Origin: Candidatus Woesearchaeota archaeon
GTDB lineage: Archaea > Nanobdellota > Nanobdellia > Woesearchaeales > UBA10216
NCBI GenBank assembly: GCA_016192905.1
Contig: JACPTG010000001.1
Coordinates: forward strand, 357,005-421,004
Direction: 5' to 3'
DNA: 64,000 bases
Part shown: piece after piece, positions 47,101-55,863 of the stretch
Position numbering within the stretch: position 1 is the stretch's first letter
Layout of the letters: every line of letters starts with the position of its first letter
Position numbers and translations under genes: made by a program
Notes under the pieces: model-generated
What the model was told of the DNA's origin: nothing
The model's input: only the letters and a program-made list of their open reading frames with translations
Database searches by the model: none

Positions 47101-49091
47101 GGAGTTGTGAGCTTGGCAGGGAAAAGGCCGAAGCTGCTCGTGTTCTGCACAAGACACCTGAAAGCCTGCCTCCTCTCAATGGAAGTCGAGGCATTAATGG
47201 ACACATTATAAACGAACTTATACTCTATGCCAGAGACATTTGTGCGGTTTATCATCTCCCAGCAGCCTGTGCTCTGGCTGCCATCAGTGTCAAGGAAGTA
47301 ATAATACAGGCCTGTCCCATTCGTGCTGTTCGGGCAGGCAGCTGAAGCAGAGCCGTTGCCAAGCATGATGCCCATGCCAATTGACTTGCCCATGTCCTTA
47401 AAGCCAAACCCGAGAATGTCCAGATGCTTATGCGAAGCAGGCGGCTCAGTTGTCATATCAGTGTCATCCTTAAGCCTGATGGGAGGGCCTGGCTTGTCAT
47501 CCATGGCCCTTGCTGACTCGAAAAGCATGGCCTTCTCCTTGTTGCAGCTAATGCCTGAACTAGTTTCGGTGCATATGCCAAACACCTTCATTGTGTTAAC
47601 AAACACTGTATCGGTAAGTATCTTCTTGTCAAACTCGCCTCCGCCGCAGAACTTGTCAGTGGAGCAGCCCGGGTCATTGCAGTCAATAAGGCCGTTGCCA
47701 TTGTTATCAGCGCTGTCAAAGCAGGAGTATTCCAAGCTGCCGATGTTCATATAGCAGAAGTTGCTCGTGTTCTCCCAGGCGCAGGCGCCGCCATTTGCAA
47801 CGCCTATGCAGGTCGTGGCATTGCAGCTTGAGCATGAAGCAGTCTCTGTATTAGGCCCGCATGTCTTGATGGTTGTCCCGGCCTCGGCGCAGAATGACTT
47901 CCCGGTAACCGGATCGGAAATCCAAGAGCAGCCGCCCGATGCCCTGCTGTTGGTGCAGGCATTCTGGCCAAAGCAGTCATTGCACTTGGAATCGCAATTG
48001 CCGCCAAACCTGAACTTCGTAAAGTCCTCAATACAGAAGGCGCCTGTCCACTGGCATGTGTTCCTCGCGCCGGTGGCACAATCTCCGGAAGTGGTGCATG
48101 CACCGCAAAAGTCAGAGCAGCCATAATTGCCTGTATCCTCAAAATTAGGCCGGCAATGGCTGAAATCAGACTCCCAGACGCAACTGAAGTTGCCATTAAG
48201 AGCTCCACTCTCACAATAAGACTGGTTGATAAAGCTGCCGCAGCCTGAATCCCTGAACATGAAGCTGTCGTTCCCGCTCTTCTCAAAAAATGCCCCTGTG
48301 CTCATCCCCAAGTCTGAACTGAAATCCTGCCTGTTAGCGCCTATAAGGTCAACAGGGCCTCCAGTGCCCTTTGAAACCACATTATATGTAAGGACCGACC
48401 ACTTAAGCTGGGACTTGTTAATTGCCACCCTGACTGTTGAAGGGTCAGAGTCACACCTAGCGCCTGTCTTGGAGATGTTAACAAAGACAGTCACGTTTGT
48501 CGACCAATTATAGCAGTTGCCAACAGGGCAGGCACCGCTAACCTGGCTGCTGTTGAAAATCAGAAGCGAGCCATTGCCTGTGGAATTAACAATAATATGA
48601 TAATCCGCGCCTGGATAACAGGGGTCGCCCGAAGGCCTGCAGCCAGTGTTGACATTGCCGTCAGCGTCAAACTCAATCTCAAACTCCAGTTGGCTGCTTC
48701 CAGAGCAAAAAGATGCATTGGAAAAATTCTTGCCAGTAATCTTCCAGGCAATGAAATTGGAATCCTGCGCCACCCATGTAGAGCGAAGGTCCCAGGTGGG
48801 CGCACAAAAAGACGAGCCCATGCCTCCACAGCTGAAAAAGCGGTCATACTTGCCATCGCCATTGCTTGCATAAGGAAGCCCTGAAAAATCAAACGTAGCC
48901 CAGTCCAACGTGCCCTGATTGGCAGGGGACAAGTTAAAAACGGCCTGAGGAGGAACGTCTGAATCTGAAAGGCTCAGGATGAGATTAGAGCCCACCACCA
49001 AGACAGTGAGCATTAACACAACAATGAAAACCAGCCTGAGGCTATTAATTACACCTCTCCTAAACACACCCTTTTTCATCAAAATCCTCAA
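44115..49091 (-). CDS. Large surface glycoprotein (1658 aa): Cys-rich repeats, FN3-like domains, PGF-pre-PGF domain, C-terminal TM
   Basis: Signal segment, many NxS/T sequons, TPGFSVFAV, TM plus basic tail. Confidence 0.9.
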   Translation of the reverse strand: MRILMKKGVFRRGVINSLRLVFIVVLMLTVLVVGSNLILSLSDSDVPPQAVFNLSPANQGTLDWATFDFSGLPYASNGDGKYDRFFSCGGMGSSFCAPTWDLRSTWVAQDSNFIAWKITGKNFSNASFCSGSSQLEFEIEFDADGNVNTGCRPSGDPCYPGADYHIIVNSTGNGSLLIFNSSQVSGACPVGNCYNWSTNVTVFVNISKTGARCDSDPSTVRVAINKSQLKWSVLTYNVVSKGTGGPVDLIGANRQDFSSDLGMSTGAFFEKSGNDSFMFRDSGCGSFINQSYCESGALNGNFSCVWESDFSHCRPNFEDTGNYGCSDFCGACTTSGDCATGARNTCQWTGAFCIEDFTKFRFGGNCDSKCNDCFGQNACTNSRASGGCSWISDPVTGKSFCAEAGTTIKTCGPNTETASCSSCNATTCIGVANGGACAWENTSNFCYMNIGSLEYSCFDSADNNGNGLIDCNDPGCSTDKFCGGGEFDKKILTDTVFVNTMKVFGICTETSSGISCNKEKAMLFESARAMDDKPGPPIRLKDDTDMTTEPPASHKHLDILGFGFKDMGKSIGMGIMLGNGSASAACPNSTNGTGLYYYFLDTDGSQSTGCWEMINRTNVSGIEYKFVYNVSINASTSIERRQAFRCLVQNTSSFGLFPAKLTTPTNPFNPSQTPICTFGAAIMVVPLSDIGNPKDSIVYHLATVDNLTAIPNMSNDTLFNATYTPGSVEFIPPNCESNPMACGTAFAKLGGGKFTPFEDCAQGSPDEDQDGNANCADADCAQAPWCSANRSALLANDKTAPRVMSNIVDEFDRFAMLRQSTSELSNLSLEFYNTSSACTVPVANLTDALFESDRYRPWHSLNFDNTSISAAGVTPLRANTTYYYRTKNCDLSGNCATSACLNFTTKTSGSSNFNFGILFDPKGSPSMSGLNLTYFNGSEYIHFSIRNISYISNTTMRFDNPNASFNGSTLGWNILFEGVDIAKATSINMTDMIQYTQVNESTPSRPTDARMLVGMNGTKWQEMAQILGIDSVVINISQVGNRIIKCDINGSGCVDVSGNITVIKQGSNYTTVRIPTYGLGGFSAYGVNSTGVEFRSDRTVYQCYPGCTVYWNVTNYQTNYSQILNLTVKVNDTSSRTSYNISYLNLSNLTQWVPVAMNNESNISNYNFTIVNSGKLNETVHQFRVVVNMSVPVADFVTFNFTVTNNSGWVSSWKDDVWFDTINITTEDSNLSQVQNARIQFKLLTLNDSNQSCTLRINGTSLVNGTVVNDTLSAFIVNSTPQNGTYSYNISCLNSESNEVGTSALRTLRVNDTEKPVFNQTPSASVSTTSAVITWTTHERANSSVAHGIASATFTANTTDTAYSEGHRVTVNSLSASTAYYINVTSCDVAGNCNTTGPLNFSTSSSSSSSSSSSGGSSSGGGAGPGNQDAAATKVSKVWAELPIGANVMNIVKSDFAVRKVIIETGTVAASVTVDVTKLTGAPSATGVAPGTVYQYLQFDTSNLPISSVKTVTMQFSVGKKWLASNSLVKDNVALYRHNGGKWNELSTKILSEDTINVNYEASTPGFSVFAVAARSSPAAAANETTAGPTGAVVETNESASGGPSGELSNESAQPSLLPNLQNVAGIPLLNLIAISIVVIAVLGVVVYFVSKGKKEGN

Positions 49092-49120
49092 AGCTGGACA
49101 GAAAATGCCCTGCCTCTTAT

Positions 49121-52100
49121 TTAAAGTTTTCGCTGAAGCCTGACCCGCAGCAGGAAATAAAGGCCTGCGGCAAGAAGGACAGCGACAAGCAGAACCGCGG
49201 CAAGGACAGTGAGGCTGATGCCCTGCTGCTGCGGGGGCTGGCCAGATGGCATCTCCTGGGCAGGGGTTTGGTTGGCGGCAGGATTCTGAAATGACTCCGG
49301 TTCCTCCTCTGGAGTTCTGTTGGAAAGCGGAGCAGGACTTGCAGGCTCAGCCACACCGGCAACGGCAAAATAGGAAAAGCCAGGGCTTGAGGCAGAGAAT
49401 GAGTAAAACGACTGGTTCTCACCTATACCCGATGTAGGCAGCTGATGCCAACTGCCTTCCGAAAGCCTGTAAAGGTAAACCGAGCCAAAGCGGCCTGCAA
49501 AAGAGCTGTTAACCCTGAAATCAATGCTCACAGATGCAAAGTCAGAGTCAGGCAAGGAAGGGGTAGAGGTAAGCCTGAAGTAGGCGTATGAAGCGTGGGA
49601 TGCAAAGGCGCTTTCAATGGCCAAAGGAGGGTCTGTAACCGGCTCAGCCACCAGAGTCAGGGCATCCACGGGCCGGTTGGTGAAGAAGGAAACCAGCGAA
49701 ACAGGCATCTGCGGGCTGCTTACCTTCATAGTGTTAAGCCTGCCAGCGGAAATGCCCGCGAAAACATGGCTTACCTTAGCAGACTGGCTGGGGGTGGTTG
49801 AGCCTCCTCCGCCACCGCCGCCACCGCCGCTTGAGCTGCCGGATGAGCAGGCAAGGTCAACGCCATCACAATTCTGGTCAATGCCATCACCGCAAACCTC
49901 GGTGGCGCCAGGATTAATGCCTGAAGAGGAGTCATGGCAGTCAGTGCCGTTCCCGCAGCCAGAAGCATAAAAGCCGTCAGCATCACTATCAGGGCACTGC
50001 TGCCTGGCTGCGGAAAAGCGAAGCCCAGCAACTTTGAAGTAAGTCGTGTTGCCGGTGCTGTTAACAAGCGAACATGAATAAGAGGAGTTCTGGCCCGGGC
50101 AGCTTATCAAGGTCTCGTTCTGGCCATTGCACGAAACGCTAATGTTGTAAAGGCTTGACACATCAGCGTCCTTCACGCAGACAGTGCCAATGGTGCCATT
50201 CACAGCAAGCAGGCTAACATTCTTGGTAAGGTTGTACTGCAAAGCCAAACCGCGGACAAGGACTGCACCAAAAGTGCTGGCAGCAGGCTGCACCTCATAA
50301 GTGAAGTTAAGGTTAAGCGTGGAATTCGTAAAGTTCCAGAAAAACTCAAGAATGCTCACCGAGCTGTTGGAGACGTTCACAAAGAAAGTCCCGTTAAACC
50401 TCTGCGAAAGGTTGCTGCTGCTGTTCACTGAGATGTTAATAGAGCCTGCAAGCATGTTAGTCACGTTTATGAAGGAATTGTTTGTCCCCAGAAGATAATC
50501 CTCACTGTCGGGGATGCCATCATTGTCGTCATCAGAGTCATAAATGTCGGGGACACCGTCAAGGTCGCTGTCAATCTGGTCAAAAACGGTAATGTTGACC
50601 TGCATTGAAGAAGAGGCATTGCCATCAGTGACATTAACCAGAACTGCGAAAATCCCTGAACTGGCCAGATTCGTCCTCCAGCTGAAGTTGCCGCTTGTGT
50701 TCTGAGCAAACCTTGTGTCGTTGACCGAATAGTTGAAGAAGCCATTGTCAGGGTCTGAGGCTGATACGGTAAAGTTCACCCAGTCAGTTTCATTCACGCT
50801 CATGTTCGCCTGCTGGGCAATTTCAGGCGGGTCGTTCTGCGGGGAAATGTTCACCAGAATTACTTCGGAAATATTGGCTGTCCCGTCCCAAGCGGTGATG
50901 TTCAACGGGACAGTGCCGTTGAAGTTGGAGGCGGGAGTGAAATTCACGGTAGTGTTCTGCCCCTGCGGGACTGCTGCGCCTGTAACATTGAACCGGGAGT
51001 CATTAACATAATACCTGACAGTGTCATTGTCAACATCCGACGCTGAAATGTTAAAGAACAATGCCGCGTCCTCAAGCATGGACTGGTTTGACGGCGAGAA
51101 ATTCCAGTAAAGCACATCATTAACCGGGGTGACGTTAACGAAGACACGCCCGGAAATGTTGACCACGCCGTCGGATGCGGTTATGTTGATGAACACCACG
51201 CCGTTGAAGTTGGAAGCAGGAGTGAAATTAAAAGTCGTATTTACACCCTGCGGGACTGCTGCGCCTGTAACATTGAACCGGGAGTCATTAACATAATACC
51301 TGATTGTGTTATTGTCAAAGTCTGACGCGGAAACGTTGAATACGAGCGAGGAATCCTCCTGAATGGAATAATTCTGCGGGGTGAAATTCCAGAGAGGAGA
51401 GGTGTTGTTCACGTCGAGCCGCCACTCGTAATAAGCCGATGAATTCCAGTCTGAAACCAAAACCGAGACATTATAGCTGCCAAGCGTGGTGTTGGTGAAG
51501 TTGAAAGAGGTACTGTTGAAGAAGGCGGACTGGTTGGAATTGTTAAGGAACCAGGCTATTACGAGCAAATCATTGTGCGCATCCGTATAGTTGAACGAGA
51601 AAGTCTGGTTATTCGGCGAGCTTATCGTGAAGTTCCGGGTTGAGGGGCCGGTTGTGAGGACAGGAGCTGAGTTGTTGCACAGGCTTGAGTTAATGCCGTG
51701 AAGGACAGAAAAGGAATAGCACAACTGCCCCCTATTCGGCGTGCCGTCGCTGAGGTTCGTGTTATTGTCGTCCATTACAAGCAAATCCTCAAGGAACGCG
51801 TTGAAAGTCTGGCTCTGCACCTTCATGGCCCTGATGACAAGGTCATCTGACTTTGTATTGCCAACTCTCAGCCTAAGCTCCCACATCGCGCCTGAAAATG
51901 ACTGGCTGTCAGCATGCACCTGGGTGAATGAAGTCGGCTTCTGCACGCTGTTGTTCAGATTACGAAGGCAGGGAGTGACAGAATCCCACTCATCGGCAAG
52001 GCACGGGTTGCCATTCAGTGTGGCTGCAAAATAATCCGCAAGAGCCTCATTCATCGCGCCCGGCTGGCCTGAAGTCATAGCCGCAGAATAAATCTGGTCA

Positions 52101-53734
52101 ACAGCAGCATGAGTGTACTCGTGATAAACCACATCGCTGCCAAGCGAAGTCGCATTGCAGCCGCCGCCAGCAGGAGTGAAATGCACAGTCCCTGTTGAAG
52201 GCTGATAAAACGCATTGCAGTTGCTGCCAAGCGATGTGTCCTGCACGAGGACGAGCATCTCATAGTTTAACCCTGATACATTAAACGGAGTGCCATTGGT
52301 AAAAAAGTCATGAACCCTGGTGGCGTGGTAAAAGACGTTGGACAGCTCCAGCGAATAGCTCGGGTCAGACCCATTCCAGTTCCAGCTATGAGAGCCGTTT
52401 AATGTTGAGTTGACCTCTGCGGTATGGTTGGCGTCATAGGTTGCAGCGCGGTCAGCAACCCTAATCCATGGACTCCTAAAGTTGGTAATTACGGTGGCGT
52501 TGCCTGAAAAGCCCGAAATGTTATAATGGCCTGTGTAATTCGTGTTTGTGAAGTTGATGAAGGTATCATTTGAATGCGAATAGCCTGCAAGGGACCAGTT
52601 TGAGGTTGAGTTGAAATCCTCTGAAAAAACAATTCCTGAATTCGTTACAATGGATACGTTATCCACAAAAAAGCCGTCCTCAACCACAGAAGTATCATAA
52701 GTTGTGGTGAAGTTAATGTAAACAGACCTGTTAATGTAATTGTTCAGGCTGTAATTCCTAAGAACCCAGCCAAGCTGCCTGCCTGTGAAAGTTTCCAGCG
52801 TCTGCCATGAACTGCCATTAGCGGAAACCCTCGCGTAAGAATAGTCTGAGTTGTTCTCAAGCTCGTACCTGGCCATGAAGGTAATGTTGACATCTGTATA
52901 GCCGGAAAGGTTAATTGAACGATTAGTTCCTGCTGCGCTCACCAGGTTGTTTGCCTTCCCTGAGTAAATTACGGAATTGTTGGAAGGCTGGTAAACCCTG
53001 ACTGTGAGGTTGGTGAAGTTAACCAGGGTGCGGGAATTCTTCCAGTGCTCAGGGTAAACCATTCCTGTGACACGACCGTAAATGTCGCCAAAGACTATGT
53101 TGTTGTACTTCCTGATGATGCCTCCACCATGCGCATCCACGTAATACGCCCAGGCCCCACGCAGCCTCTCGTCAAGCGGCAGCTGGACCTTCCAGGCGAG
53201 GTGATAGCCTGAGTCGGCTGCTGTGACAAGCAAAGTCGTATTAAGCGGAGTGATGCTGACTCCAGCGTCCTGAACTGCCAGCTCAGCAGCCTTTTCAGCT
53301 GAAATCCCTGGAACAGGGTCAAGGCTGATACCCCTCAGGAAGTTGTTATTAACGGTTACAAGCTTATCATCAACGTAAACCAGGACCACAAACCCGTCCT
53401 CAACAGGAACGCCCCTGTAAACCTGCTCGTAAGAGGCGTACCACACGCCGCTCTGATGCCTATACAACGGGCTGTCACGCTCAGCCTGCCTCAAGGCAAG
53501 CGCATCCTCATCAATCTTCAGAAAGCGCTCATTGCGCTCCATAAAGCCCCGGGCAACGCTATCAACATTACCGGCGGTTATGTGCCTGCCAACATCCAGC
53601 GAGCCCACCAGCCTCTCCGGAGCTCCTCCCCTATAATCAACCTTAAAGGCCTGCAGATTATCAGAGCGGCCCGCAGCCAAGGCTACAAAAGCAGAAGCGG
53701 ACATAACAAAAAGAACAGCAAAAAGCCACCTCAT
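49121..53734 (-). CDS. Surface-anchored M4/M36-like metalloprotease (1537 aa) with propeptide, cadherin-like repeats, Ca-binding motifs and PGF-pre-PGF domain
   Basis: YEQVYRGVPV and YYVDAHGG propeptide motifs, HEYTH, NEALAD, SPGFSYFAV, C-terminal TM. Confidence 0.9.
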   Translation of the reverse strand: MRWLFAVLFVMSASAFVALAAGRSDNLQAFKVDYRGGAPERLVGSLDVGRHITAGNVDSVARGFMERNERFLKIDEDALALRQAERDSPLYRHQSGVWYASYEQVYRGVPVEDGFVVLVYVDDKLVTVNNNFLRGISLDPVPGISAEKAAELAVQDAGVSITPLNTTLLVTAADSGYHLAWKVQLPLDERLRGAWAYYVDAHGGGIIRKYNNIVFGDIYGRVTGMVYPEHWKNSRTLVNFTNLTVRVYQPSNNSVIYSGKANNLVSAAGTNRSINLSGYTDVNITFMARYELENNSDYSYARVSANGSSWQTLETFTGRQLGWVLRNYSLNNYINRSVYINFTTTYDTSVVEDGFFVDNVSIVTNSGIVFSEDFNSTSNWSLAGYSHSNDTFINFTNTNYTGHYNISGFSGNATVITNFRSPWIRVADRAATYDANHTAEVNSTLNGSHSWNWNGSDPSYSLELSNVFYHATRVHDFFTNGTPFNVSGLNYEMLVLVQDTSLGSNCNAFYQPSTGTVHFTPAGGGCNATSLGSDVVYHEYTHAAVDQIYSAAMTSGQPGAMNEALADYFAATLNGNPCLADEWDSVTPCLRNLNNSVQKPTSFTQVHADSQSFSGAMWELRLRVGNTKSDDLVIRAMKVQSQTFNAFLEDLLVMDDNNTNLSDGTPNRGQLCYSFSVLHGINSSLCNNSAPVLTTGPSTRNFTISSPNNQTFSFNYTDAHNDLLVIAWFLNNSNQSAFFNSTSFNFTNTTLGSYNVSVLVSDWNSSAYYEWRLDVNNTSPLWNFTPQNYSIQEDSSLVFNVSASDFDNNTIRYYVNDSRFNVTGAAVPQGVNTTFNFTPASNFNGVVFINITASDGVVNISGRVFVNVTPVNDVLYWNFSPSNQSMLEDAALFFNISASDVDNDTVRYYVNDSRFNVTGAAVPQGQNTTVNFTPASNFNGTVPLNITAWDGTANISEVILVNISPQNDPPEIAQQANMSVNETDWVNFTVSASDPDNGFFNYSVNDTRFAQNTSGNFSWRTNLASSGIFAVLVNVTDGNASSSMQVNITVFDQIDSDLDGVPDIYDSDDDNDGIPDSEDYLLGTNNSFINVTNMLAGSINISVNSSSNLSQRFNGTFFVNVSNSSVSILEFFWNFTNSTLNLNFTYEVQPAASTFGAVLVRGLALQYNLTKNVSLLAVNGTIGTVCVKDADVSSLYNISVSCNGQNETLISCPGQNSSYSCSLVNSTGNTTYFKVAGLRFSAARQQCPDSDADGFYASGCGNGTDCHDSSSGINPGATEVCGDGIDQNCDGVDLACSSGSSSGGGGGGGGGSTTPSQSAKVSHVFAGISAGRLNTMKVSSPQMPVSLVSFFTNRPVDALTLVAEPVTDPPLAIESAFASHASYAYFRLTSTPSLPDSDFASVSIDFRVNSSFAGRFGSVYLYRLSEGSWHQLPTSGIGENQSFYSFSASSPGFSYFAVAGVAEPASPAPLSNRTPEEEPESFQNPAANQTPAQEMPSGQPPQQQGISLTVLAAVLLVAVLLAAGLYFLLRVRLQRKL

Positions 53735-53824
53735 TCTGACACCTTTGCCAATGCGGAAAAGAAAGCAGGTTAGTAAAGCTTTGCTTTTTTAGTTAGTCGT
53801 TGGAGGTTTGTAGTTTACTCTTCA

Positions 53825-53898
53825 GTGAACTCCAGACCGCACACTTTACGATTTTCCCGAAGGGGGATGGTGAAACCAAGGAAGGCACAGGCCGCTAC
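53825..53898. repeat. Dispersed ~75-nt structured intergenic repeat, copy C (inverted relative to A and B)
   Basis: Reverse complement aligns to copies A and B. Confidence 0.8.
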
Positions 53899-53969
53899 AG
53901 TGATAAAGAGAAGAATCAGGAACTAAGCTGACTATGCATCAGCCTATTCCAACAGCCAAAAACACTCCT

Positions 53970-54602
53970 TTATTTCTTCTTCCTAAGCAGGAAGAAAGCA
54001 GCAAGCCCTGCAAGCACAATCACCACAACCACCAGAATCCCTGCGGTGGGAATTCCTGCTGCCGGCTTTTCAGGCGGAGCGGGCTGAGGAGTAACAGGCT
54101 GAGGCTGTGCCGCTGCCTTCTTGCAGTCAGCAGCGCAGCTTGACTCTGACTCATCACCCTCGCATACATTATCCCCACAGGCAATGTTCCTAACAGTAAC
54201 GGACTTCTGGTCGCGGCTCTGGCCTGAAGCATCAAACCACACAGCATCAAAATTAGCTGAGCCAACAGCGCCTGCCACAGCAGTGTACTTAATCTGAGCG
54301 CTTGAGCCTGTTGGCGTAAAGCTCCACCCATGCCTGTTGCCATCAGCAGAGCGGTGGTTAATCTTATCCTTAGACTCCTGCGAGCCTGAAACCTCCCAAG
54401 TGCTGAACTTCCAGTCATCAGGAAGGTCATCCTCAAGCGTGAAAAGCTTGCCAGCCTCTGCGCTGCCAATGCTAAAAGTCACTGTGACTGTCTCGCCAGG
54501 GCTCACCCTGTCCGGAATGCTACGGCTCACAGAAGCGGCAAAGACAGCCGATGAAAGTGCAAGAAGAACAGCAAAAAACATCAAATACCTGAAGGCTTTC
54601 AT
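53970..54602 (-). CDS. Small membrane-anchored surface protein with one Ig/cohesin-like domain
   Basis: Signal peptide, beta-sandwich pattern, CGDNVCE..E...SC..DC motif, Pro linker, TM. Confidence 0.85.
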   Translation of the reverse strand: MKAFRYLMFFAVLLALSSAVFAASVSRSIPDRVSPGETVTVTFSIGSAEAGKLFTLEDDLPDDWKFSTWEVSGSQESKDKINHRSADGNRHGWSFTPTGSSAQIKYTAVAGAVGSANFDAVWFDASGQSRDQKSVTVRNIACGDNVCEGDESESSCAADCKKAAAQPQPVTPQPAPPEKPAAGIPTAGILVVVVIVLAGLAAFFLLRKKK

Positions 54603-55847
54603 TCAACCACCCGCGTAAAACTTCCTGATTATATCGATAATGTCAAAGGCCGTGTAAGACGACTTGCCTGCATAAAAGCCCCTTATCGCATCAATAATGC
54701 CGAATGCAGTCGTAGGAGCAGCCTTCTGCTCGCCGGTAATCGCAAATGTTGAAAAGCCGGGAACCTCAGCCTCATAATGATAATAATTCGCGTCCTCCTT
54801 CACAAACTTAGTTGGCTGCTTGGTCCATGTGCTGCCAACAAGCTTCTTGAGCGAAACCGTGGTATGGTCAATACTGTTCTGGCTCACCCAACTCTTCGCC
54901 ACCTGGAACTTAACCTTGGCAGACTTAATGTCAGCATCCTTAATATTAGCCTTGGTGATTGTCAGATACTGAAACACTACTTCCTGATTTGGCTTTGGAG
55001 CCACGCCAGAGCCTCCTGAAGCTGAAATCCCTGCTGTTGGAGAGCCAGCCGCAAGCGTGGTCTCCCGCACAGTAATCTGAGGGCCTGTTACGGCAGCTGC
55101 AGTGCTTGAAGTGGTAACCTCTATCGTAGCTATTCCAGTATCAGCAGCCTTGGCAAAGCTGAAGGTAGCGGTTGAATCTGCTGAAACAGTACCTGGAACT
55201 GTTGAGGTCTCTGTAACCGCAGCAGAGCCGGCACCTCCGCCTGAGGAAGTGGATGACGAGGAGCTGCTGGAACTGCTTGAGCTTGAGCCACCGCCACTGC
55301 TGCCGCCACTACTGCTGCTGCTCGAGCTGGCAGAGCAGGCAGAAGCCTGGCAGGTGCCTGCAGTGCCGGAATAAGGAGCTGCCTGCACAATCTCAGTCGC
55401 GCCACTGCAACAGTAGCCGCCAGTGCAAGCCTTTGAGTGGTTGCAGGCTGCGCTGTTGGCTATGGCTGTAAAAGTAAGATTGAACCACTGGCCATAATCA
55501 GGACCTGGATGCCATCCTGTGGAAAAAACCTCTGCGGTAGTGTTATCCGGTGCAGAACCCCAAACCCTAAAAGTAACCGCATCGCCAGTGTTTCCCACAC
55601 CGGTAATCAGGTAATAACCTGAAAAAGGGACATCTGCCGAAGTTGCAGTTGTATTTTTCTTCCAAATGCCATTAACATACATATCAACAACAGTGCCCGG
55701 CTCTGCCGACAGGTTATTCCCTGTGCCATTAGTTATTTTGACAAATCCTCGCCAGGTTCCGGTTTCAGCTGACACAAATGAGGCTAAAATAAGTACAAAA
55801 GCAACGATAGCGACTATCAAACCCGCCTTTCTCATTTTTTCCCCCAA
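54603..55847 (-). CDS. Secreted PGF-pre-PGF domain protein without TM anchor, ending in a duplicated helical motif
   Basis: Signal peptide, Ser/Gly linker, VPGFSTFAI, (TAFxIIDxIRxFYAG)x2. Confidence 0.88.
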   Translation of the reverse strand: MGEKMRKAGLIVAIVAFVLILASFVSAETGTWRGFVKITNGTGNNLSAEPGTVVDMYVNGIWKKNTTATSADVPFSGYYLITGVGNTGDAVTFRVWGSAPDNTTAEVFSTGWHPGPDYGQWFNLTFTAIANSAACNHSKACTGGYCCSGATEIVQAAPYSGTAGTCQASACSASSSSSSSGGSSGGGSSSSSSSSSSSSTSSGGGAGSAAVTETSTVPGTVSADSTATFSFAKAADTGIATIEVTTSSTAAAVTGPQITVRETTLAAGSPTAGISASGGSGVAPKPNQEVVFQYLTITKANIKDADIKSAKVKFQVAKSWVSQNSIDHTTVSLKKLVGSTWTKQPTKFVKEDANYYHYEAEVPGFSTFAITGEQKAAPTTAFGIIDAIRGFYAGKSSYTAFDIIDIIRKFYAGG

Positions 55848-55863
55848 AAAAAGAAAATGATAA

